Positions 57,401 to 64,000 of a stretch of DNA of 64,000 bases are shown in pieces. The stretch is from Rebecca billardiae RCC1528 (Eukaryota > Protista > Haptophyta). Within the stretch, counting starts at the first letter, position 1; every line of letters begins with the position of its first letter. Position numbers and translations under genes: made by a program. Under the pieces are notes generated by a model. That model searched no databases, had not been told where the DNA came from, and saw nothing but the letters and a program-made list of their open reading frames with translations. The stretch covers positions 372,001 to 436,000 of the forward strand of contig OZ251237.1 of assembly GCA_965240325.2 (NCBI GenBank). Direction: 5' to 3'.

Positions 57401-60379
57401 TGAGCGCGAGCTCGCGCTCGCGCGCGCGCTCGGTCGAGCGCGTGCGAATCAGCTTGCGCAGCTCGAGCATGTCGATCTCGCTCGCGGCTTTCAGGATGCC
57501 TTGGACGGACGGCTCGGCAGCGAGCTCGGGCGGCGCACGCGCGCCTGCGCTGAGTAAGAGAGGAACCACCTCGGCGCGCACCTCGCGCGCTCGCGCGCCC
57601 AGCGCATCGACCAGCGGCGTCCGGCCCCAGCGGTCGGCGAGCGACACGTCTGCGAGCGCGCACACCAGCTGCGACACGACCAACGTCGCCCCCGCGAGCG
57701 CGCCCAGCATCAGCGCCGTGCGCCCGTCGTAGTCGGTCGAGTCGAGGGGCGCGCCGAGCAGGACGAGCTCGCTGGTGCGCTCCTCGTCCCCGAGCGCAGC
57801 GGCCTCGCGCAGCCACTTGCCGAGGTGCTCTCTGGATGGGAGCGCGCGCGAGCGCATCAGCGCGCGCGCGACGAGGCCGTGCCCCGCGCGGATCGCGTCG
57901 TCAAGCGCCGAGCACCTCCACCGGTCGGTCGCGGTCACGTCTGCCAGGTGCTGGAGTAGGAACTCGGTGGTGCGGAGGTCGCCGCTGGTCGCGACGACGT
58001 GCAGCGCGGAGCGCCCGTCGTGATTCGCGCTGCTCACGTCGACGGAGTGCTCGAGCATCAGCGCGAGGTGCATCACGTCGCCGCGCGCGGCCGCGCCGTG
58101 CAGATGCATGGCCGGGTTGGAGAGCTGAAGCGTCGCGCCGCCGTGCGCCAGCTCCTCGGCCATGGCTGGCTGCCTGGAGATGACGGCCATCTCCATCGCG
58201 GTCGCGCCGAAGCGGTCGCAGGCGTGCACGTCCGCGTGCAGCTCGAGGAGCAGGCGCACCACCGCGGGCGTCCCCTCGAGCACACCGAGGTGGAGCGCGG
58301 TGCGCTGGTCGTAGGACGCGGTGCTCAGATCGAAGCCGTGCGTCACGAGCGTCTTGATCGCCTCGGTGTCGCCCTGCCGCACCGCCATCGCCATCTGCGC
58401 GAACGTGTCTTCGTTGCGCTCGACGATGGCATTGCGGATGGTCGCGCGCAGCAGCTCGTACTCGCGCAGCTCGTCCTCCGTCATCGTGCTCTTGTCAAAG
58501 CCCCCGCCGTCCGCCGTCTCGTCGCCGCGCGCGTCGAGGCCGAACCGGCGCAGCAGGTTGTGCGTCGCCAGCTCGGCCTGCTCGGGGTAGCTCTTCACGA
58601 GCTCCTCCCAGCTGCGCGCTGGCAGCACGACGAGGATCACCTCCGAGGTCGCGGTCGTCGACACCGTGTACGGCTGTGGGATGCCCACGATGAACGCGAT
58701 CTCGCCCACGAGCTGGCCGGGGCCGAGGTCGGGGCGGATGGTCGCCATGTGCTCGCCTTGCTTGGTCACGTGCAGCGCGCCGCCGACGCACCACAGCAGC
58801 TCCGTCGCGCCGTCGCCGCGCTTCCAGAGCGTCTCGGACGGCAGCACGTACCGCTCGAGCAGCGCGAGTGCGAGCTCGTCGTGGAACTGCGGCGAGCAGC
58901 CGTGGAACAGCCACGTGCTCGCCGTCTCCCTCGAGTACTGCGCGACCGCCACCTCTGTGCGCAGCGAGACGGGCATCTGCGAGACGACGCGCGAGATGCT
59001 GGAGGCCGCCTTGGCGTGCTGGAAGGTGAAGTGCTCGCGAATGCGCACGGCGAGCGCGGGCGGCAGGCGCCGCGTCGCCGCGTACTCGTCCACCGCCTTG
59101 AGCAGCTCCTTGAAGTGCAGCGTGTTCTCGTCCACTCTGACCAGGTAGTGGAAGAGCGTGCCGAGCACGTACGCGTAGAAGACCATCTGGATCGGCGTCA
59201 CCGCCGCCGCGTAGAGAATCTCGAGCTGCGTCGCGAGGAGGATGCCGTAACCCATCGCTGCGCACGGGCGCGTCGGTGTCGCGAGGGTGCGCGGGCGTGG
59301 GGCGGGCGCGCATCGGGCGCAGTCGTCAGTAGGCCACCGTGGTGTCGGCGGCCGGGCGGTGGACGAGGGGCGGCCGGGCGGCGCGCGGGCGGCCGGGCGG
59401 CGCGCGCACAAGACATTCCCGCCCACGCCATGTACTGCGCCATGAGAAGTTGGTGCCAACCGTCCTGCCGGTGCGGATCGAGCTCGGGGTTGCCCGTAAG
59501 TAGCTCAAGCTGGGCCGCCCAGGTGGGCAGCTCGAGCGGGGTCGAGCTCCACGAGTTTGCGATCAGCCACCAGCCGCACGCCACCCAGTGCGGCACGCTT
59601 ACGAGCACGAGCACAAACTTGTACACCGCGACGAACTTGGTGTCGGTCGAGAGGTCGTTGTTGATGTCGGCGACGGAGCGGACGAGCTCGCGCACGCGCA
59701 CGAGGCGCATGAGCTGCAGCCACGACCACGCTAGCGTCGAGCCAGTGGCGAAGAAGACCGCGCGGCCGAGGTGGAGGGCGATCACCACCGCAACGTCGCG
59801 AGCGACGATCGCGCTTGAGAAGGGCGTAGTAGCCACTGTCTGCGCCGGCGCTGCGGCAGCGCCGACGCCGACGCTGGCGCTCGCGGCGGCGGCCTCCCGC
59901 GCCGCGCGCCGCTGGCGCAGCACGGTCTGCGCGAGCCATGCAAGCTCAAACGCGTCGACGACCACGTCCAGCGCAATCGCCGTCGGACTGCCGATTACCA
60001 GCTCGGGCAGCGCGACGCGCAGCGGAATCAGCAGCTCCTCGAACGTGAGCGCCGGAAGCCGCGCGATCGTGGAGTATTTTGCGAGGCGCTCGGCGCGCTC
60101 ACGGCGCTCGAGCTCTCGCACGGCCAGCTCACGCCGCTCGAGCTCGCTGGACGCGCTCGTGCCGATCAGCACGGTGCGCCAGCGCACCCTCGCGCGCTGG
60201 CCACGAGGCCTTTGCGAGCTCGCGTCGGGCGTGCGCAGGATGCCGCGCGTCTGCGGCAGATCTGACGCTCCGGTTGAGCGTCCGATCGAGCGCAGCATGC
60301 CGTGCACCGTCCGCGGCAGAAGAGAACGAGAGGGCTTCACCGCCGTCGATACCGTCTCTGCGTCGTCCCCGACGGGCAT
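51414..60379 (-). CDS. Tandem two-module cyclic-nucleotide-binding/ankyrin cation channel (TM-pore-CNBD-ANK x2); introns 59258-59409, 53076-53173, 51519-51621
   Basis: Two S4-like segments (LMRLVRVRE, LRLVRLLN), pore loops SSMGYG and SALGLS, two C-linker/CNBD regions, and many D.DGRTALH ankyrin repeats. Start codon uncertain. Confidence 0.85.
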
Positions 60380-60847
60380 GGTGATCGGAGGGACGAACAA
60401 GTCGCGCTTTGAGCTTTGGTCGTGCCACAAACTCACCTCACACACAAACACTTTCTCAATTCTCACCTGATGCTCTCCCTAGTCCCTCCCCGATTCCTCC
60501 ACCGTATTTACGAATATGACTGAAACGTATGAATTCATTTTGAACGATTCGATTTATGAACGTTCGCCATATTCACGATTGGGTATCGAATGGTTTGGTT
60601 CAATTGTTCCTCCAGCCAGAACCTTCGCACCAGCAAGGCAGATTGTTTGGATATGGGTACCAGTGTGTCGTTAAATCATAGAACGAGTACCAAGGTGGTA
60701 CCAAGGGGGTTCAAAGTACGGCGCTTAAATACTGGTACAATCGCCTTTGTCCGGTCCGGTTGAGCCTTCTCGGCGGCGGTCCCATTTCGGCGGCGGCGTC
60801 GCGCGACGCTGCCGACGCAGCTGTCGCGGACAAAAATACGGTACAGT

Positions 60848-61764
60848 ATGGCTTGCTGTCGTGGACAAAACAACATCGCTGATGAGGAGCGACCGGATGA
60901 CCGCCGTGCTCTCGCGAGTGGCGCGCCTGCTTCTGATGGGCCGCTAGTCGACCCCAACCCCGTGCCGGGCGTGCTTTGCTTCAAGGTGTGGGGTTTGGTA
61001 GGTGCACTCGTCGTCGTCGCCCTCTTCGCAGCCTTGTCGTGGGGGCTGCGAAGCTGGTGGAAGGTGCCTGGACTCACGCTGATCGAGCCCGTTTCTTACT
61101 ACTGGATGATGTTTGCAATCCTCACCTGGCTGTGGGAGATCTGCTTCATCTCGTTCAAGTTCCGCGAGACGCGCACGTACGCGGACTACCTGATGGCTGC
61201 GGACAAGCACGTCTGGCTCACGTCTTACGGTTGGCAAATGATCCTGCCATGGAACACCGCCGTCGTCTTTTATGCTGAGTACGGCGCCTGGGCCGACCGC
61301 GACTACTCGGCGCTCAAGCTCGACGAGAACCTGTGGGCGCGGGCGATCGAGGGTTCCCATGGATTTGCCGCCGGTGGCTTCTCGCTGCTCGCGATGATCT
61401 TCGCGGCGCAGTTCTCGCAGGCGCAGCTGCTCATCACCATGTCGGTTGGCATGGCAGCGCAGGGCATGAACGCCTTCCTCTATCTCGCCAGCTGTGAGTG
61501 TCGCGCGTGCGCCGCGGCCCGCGCCGTCTCGAGGCGGCCTGCTCCCAACTGTGCTCCCCCTCACCCGCACCACTGCTCCCGACTGCAGACACCTTGCTTG
61601 TCTTCGACCCGTCCAACCCCAACTACTCAACGGAGGCCTTCCCTTGCGGAGTTTTGGCCTGGCGACGCCCGTTCATGTGGATCAACGTCTTCTGGGTGGT
61701 GCTGCCCCTCTACGTCGTGATCAAGAGCTTGGCGCTTGCCGGCAGCGGCGCCCCGGTGGTGTGA
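60848..61764 (+). CDS. EBP/EXPERA-domain membrane protein, sterol isomerase-like (intron 61494-61588)
   Basis: WLWEICF, YAEYGAWADRDY, RAIEG, FMWINVFWVVLP. Confidence 0.75.
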
Positions 61765-61994
61765 AGAGATCGGTGATCGACCGCGACATCGCGCGTGTAT
61801 TCGCGTAGGCAGCCTTAGGTGATCAGAGCTGCTGCTACTAGTGCTAGTACAGTATACTGTAAGTATACTGGTAGTCGTCGTCATCTGCGGCGCGCGCGCG
61901 ACGACATCGGCTGCTACTGACTGAGACGATGACTATAGCAGCTGCTAGCGAAGCCTATAGCAGCGCAGCTAGCGACAATGCTATAGCGCGCAGC

Positions 61995-64000
61995 TTAATC
62001 GTCATCGTCAGCAGCACTGCCCGTGCCGGCACCACGCATGGTCGCGTGGTACGCCAGCCAGCGATCGGCGCCGCCCTCCCCGCTGATGAACTCGCCGAGC
62101 ACGGCGTCGAGCGCGGCCGGCGTGAGCACACCGCGCACGTGGGCGGCGCCGGCGTCCGCCAGCCGTGCCCACGCCGCGTCGTCGTCGAGCAGCTCGCGCA
62201 CGTGCTGCGCGAACGCCCGCGGCTCGTCTGCCAGCCGGATCGCGCGCGCCGCGTCGCTCGCGGACGAGAAGCCAAGGCCGCGCACGCCGTCGGTGCACGT
62301 GACCGTGGGCAGCCCGCGCGCGAGCGCGTGCGCGTTCTTGGTGGCGATGCCCGTGGCGTTGCGCAGCGGCGCGGCGAAGACGCGCGCTCGGCTGTACTCG
62401 GCCTCGAGCTCGGCCTCGGTCGCCTCGCCCACCAGCGTGACGTCGCCCGCCGCCAGCGCCGCGCTGAGCGCCCTGGAGTGCGCCGCGCCCTTGGAGTCCC
62501 ACCCAGCGCCCACCAGCCTCAGGTGGGCGCGGCCGCCCGCGCCGGTCGGCGCGCCGAGCGCGCGCAGCTGGGGTAGGACGCGCTCGCACATCCAGTCGAG
62601 CGCGAGCACGCTGAGCGGGTGCGCCGTGCCCACGTACAGCAGCCCCCGCCGCCCGGCGTGCGCGCGCGCGCGCTGCGGCAGCCCGCTCGTGTCGAGCACG
62701 AACGGCAGCCATTGCGCGTGCACGTGCTCGGCACGCACCGCGCTCAGCCACGCGGGGTCCCAGCCCCAGGGCAGCCGGCCGGTGCCCTCGGGCGCGAGCA
62801 GCAGCTCGGGCGCGCACGCGCCCTCCGCGCGCGCGCGCTCGCCGCCGCCACCGCCGCCGCCGCTGCCACTGCGCGCGGCTGGGCGCGCGCCCAGCGTCGC
62901 CTCCTCCAGCCGCGCCGACAGCGACACGCCCGCGCACCGCGCGTCGCGCGCGCACTCGGCGAGGGCGGCGTCGAGGCTGAGCACGCGCGTGGGCGCGGAG
63001 CCGCCGCCGCCCTCGGGCGCGCTCGCGGCGGCGTTGGCCAGGTCGCCGCCGTCGACCGCGGCGTCTGCCTCGGCCGCGCGCGCCGCCGCCGCGCTCGGCA
63101 TGCCCGCCGCGCGCACGCCGTGCGCGAGCGCAAACCGCGGCGGCGCCGCGCTCGCGTCGGCGTCGGCGCCGCCGTGCGCGTGCGCCGTGCGCTCGAGCAC
63201 GAGCAGCCGCGCTGCGTCGGAGGCGTCGGCGGCGGGGAGGCGCGCCAGCGCCTGGCCGGCGTGCGTGCGCAGCTGGAAGCGCGCGCAGCGCGCGGGCAGG
63301 CGCACGCCGACGCAGCGCGGCGTGCGCTCGCACTGCTCGTCGAGCGCGCGCACCGCGGCGGCGCGCCCCGAGCTGCCGCCGCCGCCGCGGCCGCGCGCGC
63401 CGCCGCCGCCCTCGCCGCCGGCGAGCGCGGCCGCAAGCCTCTCGGGCACTCGCACGGCCGTCGCGCCGACGGGCGAGCCGACGTGCAGCACGCCCGCCGG
63501 CGCCGGCGCGTCGGCGCGCGCGCCCACGCCGCGCGCGATCGCCGCCGCGTCCTCCGTCGAGACGGCGAACGTGACGTCGGCGCGCGCGTACAGCCGCGCC
63601 TCGCGCCGCCGCAGCCAGCGCGACACGGCGTCGACGTCGGTGGCGGGCGCGTGGTCTGCGAGCACGGCGCGCACGCGCACGTGGTGGATGTCGTCGGTGA
63701 CGACGGCGACGCGCGCGCGCGGCAGCGCGGCGCGCAGCCAGTGCAGCGCGCGCTCGGCGGGCAGCGCGAGGTGCGCCGGCTCCACCTCCACGCGCTGCTC
63801 GACGATGTGCGCGCGCGCGTACAGCTCGTGCGCGTGCGTGCTCATGAAGTCGGCGTCCGCAGCGTCGCGCGCCGCGTCGCGCTCGGCGTGCGCGTGCGCG
63901 TTCTGCGTGAGGTGCGTCGCGAAGACGAGGGCGCGCGAGATGTTGGCGCGCGCGAGCTGCAGCGCCGCCGACAGCTGCTCCTCGAACGTGCCGCCGTACG
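61995..64000 (-). CDS. GT-B/GT4-like glycosyltransferase, 5'-partial (runs off the window)
   Basis: VVTDDIHHVR; ARVFAAPLRNATGIATKNAHALARGLPTVTCTDGVRGL. Confidence 0.78.
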   Translation of the reverse strand, partial: YGGTFEEQLSAALQLARANISRALVFATHLTQNAHAHAERDAARDAADADFMSTHAHELYARAHIVEQRVEVEPAHLALPAERALHWLRAALPRARVAVVTDDIHHVRVRAVLADHAPATDVDAVSRWLRRREARLYARADVTFAVSTEDAAAIARGVGARADAPAPAGVLHVGSPVGATAVRVPERLAAALAGGEGGGGARGRGGGGSSGRAAAVRALDEQCERTPRCVGVRLPARCARFQLRTHAGQALARLPAADASDAARLLVLERTAHAHGGADADASAAPPRFALAHGVRAAGMPSAAAARAAEADAAVDGGDLANAAASAPEGGGGSAPTRVLSLDAALAECARDARCAGVSLSARLEEATLGARPAARSGSGGGGGGGERARAEGACAPELLLAPEGTGRLPWGWDPAWLSAVRAEHVHAQWLPFVLDTSGLPQRARAHAGRRGLLYVGTAHPLSVLALDWMCERVLPQLRALGAPTGAGGRAHLRLVGAGWDSKGAAHSRALSAALAAGDVTLVGEATEAELEAEYSRARVFAAPLRNATGIATKNAHALARGLPTVTCTDGVRGLGFSSASDAARAIRLADEPRAFAQHVRELLDDDAAWARLADAGAAHVRGVLTPAALDAVLGEFISGEGGADRWLAYHATMRGAGTGSAADDDD

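Overview
Very GC-rich, intron-containing eukaryotic nuclear DNA. By inference it is a flagellated microalga, plausibly a haptophyte; this cannot be confirmed without a search. About 20 host genes are present, mostly in tight head-to-head pairs: Mpv17/PMP22, a PA-like/7TM/HET-TIR-like protein, a beta-helix protein, LUC7-like, a sulfotransferase-like protein, a GNW-motif ciliary protein, prefoldin 2, RPC1, organellar PheRS, NDUFB2, MutS2-like, PP2C, a COG0523 GTPase, a PAS protein, a SHIPPO-repeat protein, RRS1, RSL1D1, a tandem two-module CNBD-ankyrin channel, an EBP-like protein and a GT4. The main accessory feature is a young split-direct-repeat (Ngaro/DIRS-order) retrotransposon at 14236-20207. 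Its gag and RT-RNaseH ORFs are in frame and separated by a single TAG, a TAATG stop-start leads into an apparently deleted tyrosine recombinase, it carries a palindromic 38-bp tandem array, and a 46-bp palindrome forms only at its B/A junction. Other notable items: 7- and 11-nt micro-exons in RPC1, an intron that can fold onto its own acceptor site, a LUC7 lacking most zinc ligands, several perfect intergenic palindromes and short dispersed repeats. All exon structures were read manually and are predictions.
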